From contig JAACFA010000007.1 of NCBI GenBank assembly GCA_009937625.1, forward strand, positions 7,939 to 71,938: a stretch of 64,000 nucleotides of DNA. Direction: 5' to 3'. The position numbers were made by a program, and so were the translations under genes. Every line of letters starts with the position of its first letter. The stretch's first letter is position 1. Under the pieces are notes generated by a model that was not told where the DNA came from, ran no database searches, and worked only from the letters and a program-made list of their open reading frames with translations. Below, piece by piece: positions 50,677 to 61,289 of the stretch. Source of the stretch: Gammaproteobacteria bacterium. Its GTDB lineage: Bacteria; Pseudomonadota; Gammaproteobacteria; GCA-001735895.

Positions 50677-51664
50677 CGATCTTGCCGAGTAAACGGACGC
50701 GGCTGAGCCCACCGTCGGGGAATATGTTGACACGCACATGGCTAACCCGGCCGAGTGGCTGCACCTCGTCCCTGAAACCGTGCTCGCTGTCCATCTCCAG
50801 CTTTTGCGGCGGTAGCAATTCCTGCCAGAACTGGCTCTGCGTGATGATCGAGTCGACCGTACCGGCGCTAACCCGCGCCGCCTGCAGGGAACAGCGGTCC
50901 GGGTAGTTACCCTTGAAGTGCGCGGTATCGATCAACACCTCGCCGATTTCGCCGACTTGCCCCAGTTCGATGATGCACCAGTCGTTGCCAGGCTCACGCC
51001 GGCGCCGGGTTTCCCAACCGTCGCCCATGTTGACGCCGCGCCCGGGATTGAGCAGGTTGGCGACCGCGCCATAATGAGCGTCGTTCCAGGCGATGGCACG
51101 CGCGCCGAGTTCGACCGCGGCGAGATTATGCGGCTTCGATTTGTCGAGCGCAGCGGCGTCGCAGACTACCCGGCCGTAAATTCGCAGGCGCGCTACCCCG
51201 CCATCCGGGTAAATATTGAGACGCACGTGGGTGTAACTGTCAGCGCTATCGATGCTGAAATAGTGATGACTGTCGCCGCGCAGGCTGGTTGATTCGATCA
51301 GGGTCGTCCATTGCGTCGAATCGTCCGGAGCAGCGTTGCTGCTACAGGCTTCGAGCGAGGCCGCCGGCGGATAGTTGCCGGTGAAGTGCGTGGTATCGAT
51401 ATCGATACCCATGATTTCGCCCGGGAGACCGAGTTTGACAATGGCGTTATCGTAGCCGCCGTTGCGCCGGCGACGCGTCTCCCAGCCGTCCATCCACTTG
51501 CCGTTATCGTCGAATTTACCGTCGATGAACACTGGCGCCTCGGACTTCAGCATGCGGCCGCATTCGGCAAAAAAATCGTCGCTGCAGGAAACGATTTCAG
51601 CGCCCAGCCGGGGCTGCGCCAGATCGATCCAGTGGTTGACAAAATCGGGGGTTGTTTCAGTCAT
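50669..51664 (-). CDS. alc: Allantoicase
   Basis: Two allantoicase repeats (GWETRRRR appears twice). Confidence 0.8.
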   Translation of the reverse strand: MTETTPDFVNHWIDLAQPRLGAEIVSCSDDFFAECGRMLKSEAPVFIDGKFDDNGKWMDGWETRRRRNGGYDNAIVKLGLPGEIMGIDIDTTHFTGNYPPAASLEACSSNAAPDDSTQWTTLIESTSLRGDSHHYFSIDSADSYTHVRLNIYPDGGVARLRIYGRVVCDAAALDKSKPHNLAAVELGARAIAWNDAHYGAVANLLNPGRGVNMGDGWETRRRREPGNDWCIIELGQVGEIGEVLIDTAHFKGNYPDRCSLQAARVSAGTVDSIITQSQFWQELLPPQKLEMDSEHGFRDEVQPLGRVSHVRVNIFPDGGLSRVRLLGKIDG

Positions 51665-53075
51665 GATAGTTTCCTTTGGCAGCAGCCTGCTTTAACAGTC
51701 GCTGCGCCTGTTGATTGTGTTGTTGCACCAGGGAGTCGAGATCCAGACCGAGGATCTCCCCCCGATCGATAATGATTTTGCCGTCGATCAACGACAGCCA
51801 GGCGCCCGTGGGGGCACAGGTGAGCAGCGCCGCAACCCGGTCGCCGCCAGCGCCGGCGTGCTGGATATCGTCGACGCGGTAGGCGACCAGATCCGCAGCC
51901 TTGCCGACCTCGAGGCTGCCGATATCGTCACGCCCGAGCACCGCGGCACCGCCGCGCGTGGCGAGCGCCAGCGCTTCGCGCGCCGAAAAACGATCGGCGC
52001 TGGATTCGAAGCCCGGCCAACCCACTCGCTGCAATAGCATCGCCTGGCGCGCTTCGCCGAGCAAATGGTTACCGTCGTTACTGGCCGAGCCGTCGACGCC
52101 GAGCCCGAGCCTTACCCCGGCATCGGACATCGCGCGCACCGGCGCGATGCCCGACGCCAGGATCATGTTGCTGCTGGGGCAGTGACAGACGCCGCTGTTG
52201 GTGACAGCGAGTTTGACGATTTCGTCGGCGTCGGGATGCACCATGTGGGCAAACCAGACGTCGTCGCCGGTCCAGCCCAGGCTCTCGATATAGGGCAAGG
52301 GACGCTGACCGAACTGCTGCTCGCAGAAACGGTTTTCGTCGATGGTTTCGGCGAGATGCGTATGCAGCCTGACTCCGGGGTGGCGTCGTGCCAGCTCGGC
52401 AGTTTTACGCATCAACTCCGGAGTTACGCTGAACGGCGAACAGGGCGCGAGCCCGATGCGCAGCATGGAAAAAGGTTCGGGATCGTGAAACTCGTTTATC
52501 ACGCGTTCGCAATCGGTCAGGATATCGCTCTCGTCCTCGCAAACGTTATCCGGCGGCAGGCCGCCCTGGCTCTGTCCCAGGCTCATGCTGCCGCGGGTCG
52601 GATGGAAGCGCACCCCGAGCTCGCGCGCGGCACGAATTTCATCATCCAGCCGGGCGTCGTTGGGAAACAGGTAAAGATGATCGGCTACCGTGGTGGCGCC
52701 GGATAGTAGCAATTCCGCGAGCCCGAGTTTTGCACTGACGTAAACCGCCACGGCATCCATCTCTCCCCAGATCGGGTAGAGCGTCTGCAGCCAGTCGAAC
52801 AGCGACTTGCCCTGGGCGGTGCCGATACTGCGGGTCAGCGTCTGGTAGAGGTGATGATGACAGTTGACAAGTCCCGGCACGATAACGCAGCCGCTGGCAT
52901 CGATACGACGATCCGGTTTCAGCCTATCTGCAGACAGGCAGGCATGAACTTCGTCACTACTGCCAAGCTGCTCAATTACATTATTACGTATGACTATGGC
53001 CCCGTTTTCAATCTCGCGCCTTTCGCCATCCATGGTGACCAGCACCTCGGCATTATCGATCAACAGCAAGCTCAT
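51657..53075 (-). CDS. TRZ/ATZ-family amidohydrolase (8-oxoguanine/guanine-deaminase-like)
   Basis: Metal-dependent hydrolase HxH motif (VNCHHHLYQT) with TRZ/ATZ-like length and pattern. Confidence 0.7.
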   Translation of the reverse strand: MSLLLIDNAEVLVTMDGERREIENGAIVIRNNVIEQLGSSDEVHACLSADRLKPDRRIDASGCVIVPGLVNCHHHLYQTLTRSIGTAQGKSLFDWLQTLYPIWGEMDAVAVYVSAKLGLAELLLSGATTVADHLYLFPNDARLDDEIRAARELGVRFHPTRGSMSLGQSQGGLPPDNVCEDESDILTDCERVINEFHDPEPFSMLRIGLAPCSPFSVTPELMRKTAELARRHPGVRLHTHLAETIDENRFCEQQFGQRPLPYIESLGWTGDDVWFAHMVHPDADEIVKLAVTNSGVCHCPSSNMILASGIAPVRAMSDAGVRLGLGVDGSASNDGNHLLGEARQAMLLQRVGWPGFESSADRFSAREALALATRGGAAVLGRDDIGSLEVGKAADLVAYRVDDIQHAGAGGDRVAALLTCAPTGAWLSLIDGKIIIDRGEILGLDLDSLVQQHNQQAQRLLKQAAAKGNYHD

Positions 53076-53181
53076 CCCCCACCTCGCAAATAATTCCGGG
53101 TCAGAGTAAAAACTCTATTAAAGCCCGGTAAAACGGAACAGAGATAGTTTTTACACTGACCCATAATTATGGTGGGTGGCA

Positions 53182-54513
53182 TTAGTTGGGTCTCGAGTAT
53201 TGGCGTTTGCCCATGACATGGGTGGCCTGGACGCAGCGGTCGTCACCCAGCATCATCAGCGCAAACAGCCGCTCTTCAAGGCTTGATGCATTGTCCATGC
53301 GGCACTGCATCAGTTCGGTGGCAGCCAGGTCGAGCACGACGAAATCAGCTTCCTTGCCGCGCGCAAAATTTCCGATTCGATGATCGAGATAGAGTGACTC
53401 GGCGGCGCCCAGCGTCACCAGGTAAAAGGCTTTCAACGGGGTAAGCCGCTGGCCGCCGAGCTGGCATACCTTGTAGGCTTCGGCCAGCGTCCGCAGCATG
53501 CTGAAACTGGTACCGGCACCGACGTCGGTGGCCAGGCCCAGGCGAATATCCTGCCTGCTGGCGTCTTCCAGGTTAAACAGGCCGCTACCGAGAAACAGGT
53601 TCGAAGTCGGGCAAAATGCAATCGCGGCACCACTCGCGGCCATGCGCTCACGATCCTGCTGATCGAGGTGGATACAGTGCCCGTAAATCGAACGCGGCCC
53701 GAGCAGGCCGTGGCTGTCATAAACGTCTAGGTAACTGCGACTGTCCGGAAAAAGCCTGGCGACCCAGTCGACCTCGTCGCGATTTTCCGCCACGTGCGAC
53801 TGCAGGTAGAGGCCCGGATTCTCACTCAGCAATTGCGCGCAAACCTCGAGTTGCTCAGGGCTTGAGCAGGGCGCGAAACGCGGGGTTACCGCATAAAGAT
53901 TGCGTCCCTGTAGATGCCAGCGTCTGATCAGTTCGCTGCTATCGCGGTAACTGGACTCGACACTGTCGCAAAGCGCCGGCGGCGCGTTACGGTCCATCAT
54001 TACCTTACCCGCAATCAGGCACAGATCGCGCTGCTGCGCCTGCTCGAAGATAGCGTCCACCGACTGCGGATGCACGGTCGCGAACACGGCGCTGGTGGTA
54101 GTGCCGTTGGCCAGCATCTGCTCGCAGAAAAACTCGGCGATTCTGTCGGCATGGTCGCGTTCGGCAAATTTCTCCTCGGTCGGAAAGGTGTACTGCTGCA
54201 ACCAGTCGAGTAACTGCAGTCCATGGCTCGCAATCATTTCGGTTTGCGGGTAATGGGTGTGGGTATCGATGAAGCCGGGCATCACCAGCCGTCCGCTGTA
54301 GTCGTACAGCGCCGAACCGTCGGGCAGATAATCGATCCAGTCGGCGGCGTTTGCCAGCATCTGGATACGGCCCTGCTTCAACATCATCAAGCCGTCTTCG
54401 AGGTATTCGCAGGCGTCGCCACGCCGCTCGGGATCGGCATTGAAATGGAGAAAACTCGCGCGAATCGCGGTATCGCACGAGTTGTTATCCAGCGGCGAGG
54501 GCACGACCGACAC
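53182..54513 (-). CDS. guaD: Guanine deaminase
   Basis: PGFIDTHTHYPQ HxH motif and the conserved HVAEN region. Confidence 0.8.
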   Translation of the reverse strand: MSVVPSPLDNNSCDTAIRASFLHFNADPERRGDACEYLEDGLMMLKQGRIQMLANAADWIDYLPDGSALYDYSGRLVMPGFIDTHTHYPQTEMIASHGLQLLDWLQQYTFPTEEKFAERDHADRIAEFFCEQMLANGTTTSAVFATVHPQSVDAIFEQAQQRDLCLIAGKVMMDRNAPPALCDSVESSYRDSSELIRRWHLQGRNLYAVTPRFAPCSSPEQLEVCAQLLSENPGLYLQSHVAENRDEVDWVARLFPDSRSYLDVYDSHGLLGPRSIYGHCIHLDQQDRERMAASGAAIAFCPTSNLFLGSGLFNLEDASRQDIRLGLATDVGAGTSFSMLRTLAEAYKVCQLGGQRLTPLKAFYLVTLGAAESLYLDHRIGNFARGKEADFVVLDLAATELMQCRMDNASSLEERLFALMMLGDDRCVQATHVMGKRQYSRPN

Positions 54514-54519
54514 GACGGG

Positions 54520-55734
54520 CTATTGCTGCTGGGCGTACCAGGTCGCGACCACGGCACGCTCCTGGTCGGTCATGCCGGTCAGGTTCCCGATCGGCATGTA
54601 TTTCGATTGCACCGTGGTCGCGATGCGCGCCGCATTCTGTGCAATCTGCGCCGGCGTTTCAAAAACAAGTCCCAGCGGCGCCTCGGCGAAACCGGGCTGG
54701 GTCGGGCTGGAGGCATGGCAGGCGACGCAGCGGCTATTCATGATCTGTGTAATCTGCACCTCGCTGACGGCTGCGCTGCCGGCGCTGTCGACGGCTTTCG
54801 GACTCAGGTACCAGACCATCGACAACAGCAGGATTACCGCCACCGCCGGCAGCGCCGGGCTCGCATTCCCACTATGGCGAAGCACGAAAAACTGCCGGAT
54901 CAAAACCCCGGCGAGCATAATAAAAATCAACACCAGCCATCCTTGGTCGTGACTATAAGTCATCGGGTAATGATTGCTGATCATGATGAACAGCACCGGC
55001 AGCGTGAAATAAGTGTTATGTACCGAACGCTGTTTACCTATGATGCCGGGCTCGGCGTCTGGCGTTTCGCCGGCACGCATCTGCGCAACCACCTTCTTTT
55101 GCCCGGGAATGATATGGAAGAACACGTTGGCGGCCATGATGCTGCCCATCATCGCGCCCGTATGCAGGTAGGCGGCGCGGGCGCTGAGTAACTGGAACAA
55201 TCCCCAGGAGACGAGGCAGACCAGCGCAAAAAGCATGGCCGCAAGTGCCGAGTCCCTGCCCTTCATAACCTGGCATAGCAGGTTATAGACAATCCAGCCG
55301 ACAACGATAACGCCGGCGCTGATTGCGATGCCGCCCGCGGGCGACAACGCCACGACCTGGGCATCGATCAGGTAGGTTCCGGCGCCGAACCAGTAGACCA
55401 CGATCAGCAGGCCCATCCCCGACAACCAGGTGGTATAGGCTTCCCATTTCGACCAGTGCAGCTTTTCGGCCAGCGGCTCTCCGACCGGGCCGAGCAGGAA
55501 CTTCTGGCTCTGGTAGACACCGCCGCCGTGTACCGCCCACAGTTCACCGGTAACGCCGCGTTTTTTATCCTGTTCACGCGCCGGATTACTCAACGAGCTG
55601 TCGAGCATGACGAAATAAAACGACGCGCCGATCCAGGCCACGCCGGCGATAAGGTGCAACCAGCGCAGCAGCAGGTTAATCCAGTCTAAGAGATATGCTT
55701 CCATGGGATACGATTCAAACAACCGGGTAGCCAT
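54520..55734 (-). CDS. puuD: Urate hydroxylase PuuD (membrane cytochrome c)
   Basis: Multi-TM N-terminus and a C-terminal CVACH heme-c motif. Confidence 0.75.
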   Translation of the reverse strand: MATRLFESYPMEAYLLDWINLLLRWLHLIAGVAWIGASFYFVMLDSSLSNPAREQDKKRGVTGELWAVHGGGVYQSQKFLLGPVGEPLAEKLHWSKWEAYTTWLSGMGLLIVVYWFGAGTYLIDAQVVALSPAGGIAISAGVIVVGWIVYNLLCQVMKGRDSALAAMLFALVCLVSWGLFQLLSARAAYLHTGAMMGSIMAANVFFHIIPGQKKVVAQMRAGETPDAEPGIIGKQRSVHNTYFTLPVLFIMISNHYPMTYSHDQGWLVLIFIMLAGVLIRQFFVLRHSGNASPALPAVAVILLLSMVWYLSPKAVDSAGSAAVSEVQITQIMNSRCVACHASSPTQPGFAEAPLGLVFETPAQIAQNAARIATTVQSKYMPIGNLTGMTDQERAVVATWYAQQQ

Positions 55735-56792
55735 GCGCCTGCATGGCTACCCTGCAGGTAGTAATTCATCGCATTGAGCTGCTCGTCGGTCATGTTCTGA
55801 CCCTCGGGGACGATAGTCTTCCCGCTCTGGTCAACCACCGGGCCCGCGAACGGATGCATCGTACCGGCGGTCAACTGTTTTTCCATTTCGCGGATGCGGC
55901 CCTGCAGCTCGGCCGGAATGGCCTTGTTCAGCGGCGCCAGCGCGATCATGCCCTCCTTGTATCCACCCCAGACGCTGGTCGGCTTCCAGGTACCGGCCTG
56001 GACTTCCTTGACGGTCTTGACGTAGTAATCGCCCCACAGGTGAGTGGTCGCGGTCAGGTGCGCCTTGGGACCGTACTTGCTCATATCCGAGTGATAGCCG
56101 AACGCATACTTACCCTGATCCTCGGCCGCCTGCACGACCGCGGTCGAATCGGTGTGATGGGTGATCACGTCGGCTTCCTGCGACAGCAGGGTCAACGCGG
56201 CCTGACGCTCCTTGCCCGGATCGAACCAGGAGTTCACCCAGATGACGCGCAATTCGGCTTTCGGGTTGACGCTACGGGCGCCCTGGATGAACGCGTTGAT
56301 ACCCTGCATGACCTCGGGAATCGGGAAGGCCGCGACATACCCGAGAACGTTGGACCCGGTCATTTCACCCGCGATCACGCCGGTCAGGTAGCGACCCTCG
56401 TAAAAACGTGCGTTGACCAGGCCCATGTTCTTGCCCATCTTGTAGCCGGTGGCGTGCACGAAGGCGGTCTTGCGAAAAGTCTTGGATACCTTGAGCGCAT
56501 AGTTCATGAAACCGAAACTGGTGGCGAAGACAACCTTGTCACCGCGCTTCGCCATTTCACGAATAACGCGCTCGGCATCTGGCCCCTCGGGCACATTTTC
56601 GACGTAACTGGTGGTGACACCGGTTTCTTTTTCCAGCTGCAAACGCCCCAGGTCATGCTGGTAGGTCCAGCCGGCATCGCCGATCGGACTTACGTAGACG
56701 AAGCCGACGTTGTCGGCCGCCATGCCGGCGCCGCTCATCGCGCCGAGCAGCGCCACGATCGCCAGTTTCTTAATTATCTTTGTTAGTGCCAT
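55686..56792 (-). CDS. BMP-family (purine nucleoside) ABC transporter substrate-binding lipoprotein
   Basis: Signal peptide MALTKIIKKLAIVALLGAMSGAGMAA followed by a BMP fold. The stop overlaps the puuD start. Confidence 0.75.
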   Translation of the reverse strand: MALTKIIKKLAIVALLGAMSGAGMAADNVGFVYVSPIGDAGWTYQHDLGRLQLEKETGVTTSYVENVPEGPDAERVIREMAKRGDKVVFATSFGFMNYALKVSKTFRKTAFVHATGYKMGKNMGLVNARFYEGRYLTGVIAGEMTGSNVLGYVAAFPIPEVMQGINAFIQGARSVNPKAELRVIWVNSWFDPGKERQAALTLLSQEADVITHHTDSTAVVQAAEDQGKYAFGYHSDMSKYGPKAHLTATTHLWGDYYVKTVKEVQAGTWKPTSVWGGYKEGMIALAPLNKAIPAELQGRIREMEKQLTAGTMHPFAGPVVDQSGKTIVPEGQNMTDEQLNAMNYYLQGSHAGAWLPGCLNRIPWKHIS

Positions 56793-56886
56793 TTCAGAAC
56801 CCTCCCGGGATTTTTCATTTAGGTTGGTGTTTACGGGTTTTACAACCCTTTTATAAAGATTCATTGATTAACGCCTGCTTAAGACA

Positions 56887-57819
56887 TCAGGCATCGGGCC
56901 GGTATGGCTGTCCCAGCGATACCGGCGCGTTCAGGCGCACCGTGTTCTGGTCGCGCGAAATGATTACCAGCACAATAATGGTCGCGAGGTACGGCAGCGA
57001 CGACAGGAATTGCGACGGAATATTGATTTCAAGCCCAGAGCCCTGCACGAATAACTGCGCTACCATGACACCGCCGAACAAATAGGCGCCGACCATGACC
57101 CGGAACGGCCGCCAGGTCGCAAAAACAACCAGCGCAATCGCAATCCAGCCGCGCCCGGCGACCATGCCCTCGACCCACAACGGTGTATAAAACACTGACA
57201 GGAAAGCGCCGCCGATACCCGCCATGGCGCCGCCGAAGATGGTCGCCATGTAACGAATACGAATCACCGGGTAGCCGATAGAATGCGCCGACGAGGGCGA
57301 TTCGCCAACGGCGCGCAACACCAGGCCGGGCCGGCTGCGATACAGGAACCAGACGATGGCACCGAACAGCGCCCATGAAAAATAGACCAGCGATTGCTGC
57401 GCGAACAGCGGCTCGCCGATAATCGGAATATCGGCCAGCAGCGGAATACGGATCGCTTCGATTGTGGGCAAAATTTCTGATTCGTAGGGCTTGCCGATGA
57501 ATGCCGACAGTCCGACGCCGAGTATCGACAGCGCCAGACCGGTGGCGACCTGGTTGCCCATCAGCGTCAGTACCACGACGGCAAACAGGTACGACATCAG
57601 TGCGCCCGCGGCCATGCCGCCCAGCACGCCCAACCAGACGCTGCCGGTTTCGAAGCTGATCGCGAAGCCGGCGATCGCACCCATCGACATCATGCCCTCA
57701 GCACCCAGGTTCAGCACCCCGGATTTTTCGGCGATCAACTGGCCCAGTGCAACGATGATCAGAGGTGTGCCGGCGACGATAGTCGCAAACAGTATCGAGC
57801 TTAAAATTGAGCTTTCCAT
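56887..57819 (-). CDS. ABC transporter permease (BMP-associated)
   Basis: Polytopic membrane protein of 310 aa. Confidence 0.75.
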   Translation of the reverse strand: MESSILSSILFATIVAGTPLIIVALGQLIAEKSGVLNLGAEGMMSMGAIAGFAISFETGSVWLGVLGGMAAGALMSYLFAVVVLTLMGNQVATGLALSILGVGLSAFIGKPYESEILPTIEAIRIPLLADIPIIGEPLFAQQSLVYFSWALFGAIVWFLYRSRPGLVLRAVGESPSSAHSIGYPVIRIRYMATIFGGAMAGIGGAFLSVFYTPLWVEGMVAGRGWIAIALVVFATWRPFRVMVGAYLFGGVMVAQLFVQGSGLEINIPSQFLSSLPYLATIIVLVIISRDQNTVRLNAPVSLGQPYRPDA

Positions 57820-58889
57820 CAGGCCGTTACCTCCCTGTTCCAGCGCAGGCGATAATTGATAAATACGTCCGAGCCGAGCAGGAACAGTAACAACATGCCC
57901 TGGAACACGAGGGAAATGGACGACGGCAGGTTCATGTATTGCTGCGCCTGCTCGCCGCCGAGGTAAAGCAACGCCATCAACAGACTGGCGAAGAATATGC
58001 CTACCGGGTTGAGGCGCGCGACGAAGGCGACGATGATCGCCGCGAAACCGTAGTTACTCGATATTTGATCGGTGATCTGCCCCATCGGGCCCGAGACTTC
58101 GGCCATGCCGGCGAGCCCGGCCATCGCGCCGCCAGCGAGCAGCCCGATCCAGATCATGCGCCTGGCAGAAAATCCGGCGTAGCGGGCGGCGTCCTTGGCG
58201 AATCCCGCTACCTGCATCTGGAATCCGGCGAAACTGCGGAACATGAAAATATAACCTGCCAACAACGCCCCGATCGCGAACACAAATGCCAGGTTGACCC
58301 GGCTGCCATCGTCGAACAACAACGGCAACAGGGCCGAATCCTCGAACATCGCCGATTGCGGAAAATTGAAGCCGTCCGGATCCATCATCGGGCCGTGCAC
58401 CAGCCAGGACACCAGTAATTGCGACACGTAAACCAGCATCAGCGACACCAGGATTTCATTGGTATTGAATCGGGTTTTCAAAAACGCCGGTATCGCCGCC
58501 CATAACATGCCGCCGATGCACCCGGCGATGATCATCAGGATCAGTACATGCGCACCCTCGGATTCCTGGAAGTACAGCGCAACCGCGCTGGCGGCGATAC
58601 CGCCGACAATCAGCTGGCCCTCGGCGCCGATGTTCCAGACGTTGGCGCGGAAACCGATCGCGAGCCCGACGGCAATCAGCATCAGCGGCGTCGCCTTGAG
58701 TAACAGTTCCGATACACCCCACAGGTCACTGATCGGGTTGATGAAAAACACCTTGAAACCCTCGATCGGATTTTTACCGAGGAACGCAAATAAAAACAGG
58801 CCGCCGATCAACATCAATACGATCGCGATCGCCGGCGATGCATAAGACATCAAATGCGAGGCTTCGGGACGCCGTTCCAGCCTAAGCAT
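57819..58889 (-). CDS. ABC transporter permease (BMP-associated)
   Basis: Polytopic membrane protein of 356 aa. Confidence 0.75.
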   Translation of the reverse strand: MLRLERRPEASHLMSYASPAIAIVLMLIGGLFLFAFLGKNPIEGFKVFFINPISDLWGVSELLLKATPLMLIAVGLAIGFRANVWNIGAEGQLIVGGIAASAVALYFQESEGAHVLILMIIAGCIGGMLWAAIPAFLKTRFNTNEILVSLMLVYVSQLLVSWLVHGPMMDPDGFNFPQSAMFEDSALLPLLFDDGSRVNLAFVFAIGALLAGYIFMFRSFAGFQMQVAGFAKDAARYAGFSARRMIWIGLLAGGAMAGLAGMAEVSGPMGQITDQISSNYGFAAIIVAFVARLNPVGIFFASLLMALLYLGGEQAQQYMNLPSSISLVFQGMLLLFLLGSDVFINYRLRWNREVTA

Positions 58890-60441
58890 TAGTCTGTACC
58901 TCCTCTGCCGGAGCGGCCTGATCCCACATGCCGCTCATCCAGACCCCGATTTCATCGATATTGGTGTCTGCCAGGTTCTTCGCCGGTGACATGCGGCCAT
59001 TGGCAATTACCGCGATGCGGTCGGAAATTTCGAACAGTTCTTCGAGTTCTTCCGAAATCACCAGGATCGCGGTGCCCTCATTACGCAAATCGATCAATTC
59101 CTGGCGAATGAACGCGGCGGCACCGACGTCGACGCCCCAGGTCGGCTGCGCCACCACCAGCATCTTCGGCGTCAGCAGGATTTCGCGGCCCATGATGAAC
59201 TTTTGCAGGTTACCGCCGGAGAGCGAATTGGCGGCGTGCTCTTCGCCGCCGCACTTGACGTTGAAGCCGTCGATGCATTTGCGCGCGAATTCGGCGATCT
59301 TGTCGAACTGGATCATGCCATTCTTGAGCATGCCCGCGTGATGCGCGGTCAGCAGCGCGTTTTCGGTCAGCGACATACGCGGCACCGCGCCGCGGCCGAG
59401 GCGCTCCTCGGGCACGAAGCCGAGGCCGCCGACCCGGCGCCGATCCGGGTTATCCCTGCCCGAAGCCTTGCCGCAGATAACGATCGAATCGGCGTCATCC
59501 ACCAGTTCTTCGCCCGAGAGTGCGTACAGCAATTCCTGCTGGCCATTGCCCGATACGCCGGCAATACCGAGGATTTCACCGGAACGGACTTCAAGCTCGA
59601 TATCCCGTAAATTGGTGCCGAAGGGATCGTCCGATTTCCTGCTGAGCCGGTTCAACTGCAGGCGTGCCTCGCCCAGCTCAACCGGCGCATTATGCTCGGG
59701 TACCGGCAGTTCCTTGCCGATCATCAGGCTGGCCATCGATCTCGGGGTTTCCTCGGACGGAATACAATCACCGGTAACCTTGCCGTCACGCAGAACCGTG
59801 GCGACATGGCACAGCTCCTGGATTTCATCGAGCTTGTGGCTGATATAGAGAATACTGCAGCCCTCTTCAGCGAGTTGGCGCAGGGTATCGAACAGTTTAC
59901 GCACCGCCTGCGGCGTCAATACCGAAGTCGGCTCGTCCATGATCAACAGCTTCGGGTTTTGCAGCAGGCAGCGGACGATCTCGACTCGCTGGCGTTCACC
60001 GACCGACAACGCATGCACCAGGCGTTGCGGATCGACCGGCAGGCCGTAGCGGTTGGATACCTCGATGATTTGCTCGGCAAGTTGATTCAGGTCGGGGTTG
60101 CCGGGCAGGCCCAGCGCGACATTTTCGACCACGTTGAGGGTTTCGAACAGTGAAAAATGCTGGAACACCATGCCGATGCCGAGGCTCCTGGCGTGCGCCG
60201 GATTCTCGACATGCACGACCTGACCTTCCCATTTCATTTCGCCGGCATCGGGTTTGGTAACGCCATATATCATTTTCATCAGCGTTGACTTACCGGCGCC
60301 GTTTTCACCCAGCACCGCGTGAATCTCGCCCTTTTTCACTGACAGCGAAACGTCTTCGTTGGCAATAACCGATGGATAAATCTTGGTGATCCCTTGCAGC
60401 TCTAGCCTCAACGCTTCGCTGCCACCCGATTCGGATGTCAT
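58882..60441 (-). CDS. ABC transporter ATP-binding protein with duplicated ABC cassettes
   Basis: Two Walker A/ABC-signature sets (GENGAGKST and a second cassette). Confidence 0.85.
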   Translation of the reverse strand: MTSESGGSEALRLELQGITKIYPSVIANEDVSLSVKKGEIHAVLGENGAGKSTLMKMIYGVTKPDAGEMKWEGQVVHVENPAHARSLGIGMVFQHFSLFETLNVVENVALGLPGNPDLNQLAEQIIEVSNRYGLPVDPQRLVHALSVGERQRVEIVRCLLQNPKLLIMDEPTSVLTPQAVRKLFDTLRQLAEEGCSILYISHKLDEIQELCHVATVLRDGKVTGDCIPSEETPRSMASLMIGKELPVPEHNAPVELGEARLQLNRLSRKSDDPFGTNLRDIELEVRSGEILGIAGVSGNGQQELLYALSGEELVDDADSIVICGKASGRDNPDRRRVGGLGFVPEERLGRGAVPRMSLTENALLTAHHAGMLKNGMIQFDKIAEFARKCIDGFNVKCGGEEHAANSLSGGNLQKFIMGREILLTPKMLVVAQPTWGVDVGAAAFIRQELIDLRNEGTAILVISEELEELFEISDRIAVIANGRMSPAKNLADTNIDEIGVWMSGMWDQAAPAEEVQTNA

Positions 60442-61289
60442 GACTCTCCCCTCATTGCGGCAACTATTTTATTATCTTTCTGGTTTTCGTTTTGCGCCCG
60501 ATCGTATACCTGCAGGATTTCGGCGGCAACCGAAATCGCGATCTGCGCTGGCTGCTTGCCGTTGATGCCGTTGACGCCGATCGGGCAGGTCATGTCGGCA
60601 AACCGGCCCGGGTCGACGCCGCGACGCCGCATGCGCGCCTCGAAGTTGCGCCGCTTCGATTGTGAGCCGATCAAACCGAAATAACTGAAGTCGTCGCGTT
60701 TCAGAATCTGCTCGCAAAGACGCTGATCGAGCGCGTGATCGTGGGTCATGACGAGAAAGTATGCGCCGGCCGGCGCTGCATCGATCTCGGCCTCGGGGCT
60801 ATCGGTACAAATCGCGTCAACCCCCGCAGTCGGATTTTCGGGCAGCATATCGTCGCGGGTATCGATCCAGTGAATCTCGACCGGCAGGTCCGCGAGCGCA
60901 CGCACCAGTGCCCGGCCGACATGCCCGGCGCCGAACAGGTAAAGCTCGATCGGGTTTTCGTCGAGTTCGGCCCGGCTCCAGTCGCTGTCCGGGTCGAGTC
61001 GCTCAAACATCAGGTTGGCCAGCCCGCCGCAGCACTGACCCAGCCCGGCGCCCAGCGGAAACCGCTGCAGGCCACCAGCTTCGCCGAGCTCGAGCTGATC
61101 GCGTGCGATACGGCAGGCCTGGTATTCGAGGTTGCCGCCGCCGATGGTGCCGTACTGCTGCTCGGCGGTTATCAGCATCTTCGCGCCGGCCTCACGCGGG
61201 GTCGAACCGACAATCGAATCGACGCTGACCAGCATCACCGGGGTCTGCTCACGGCGCAATCGGCTCAAAATTCGTGACCAGTCGCTCAC
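60438..61289 (-). CDS. xdhC: Xanthine dehydrogenase accessory (Mo-cofactor insertion) protein
   Basis: XdhC/CoxI family pattern (LYLFGAGHVGRAL). Confidence 0.8.
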   Translation of the reverse strand: MSDWSRILSRLRREQTPVMLVSVDSIVGSTPREAGAKMLITAEQQYGTIGGGNLEYQACRIARDQLELGEAGGLQRFPLGAGLGQCCGGLANLMFERLDPDSDWSRAELDENPIELYLFGAGHVGRALVRALADLPVEIHWIDTRDDMLPENPTAGVDAICTDSPEAEIDAAPAGAYFLVMTHDHALDQRLCEQILKRDDFSYFGLIGSQSKRRNFEARMRRRGVDPGRFADMTCPIGVNGINGKQPAQIAISVAAEILQVYDRAQNENQKDNKIVAAMRGES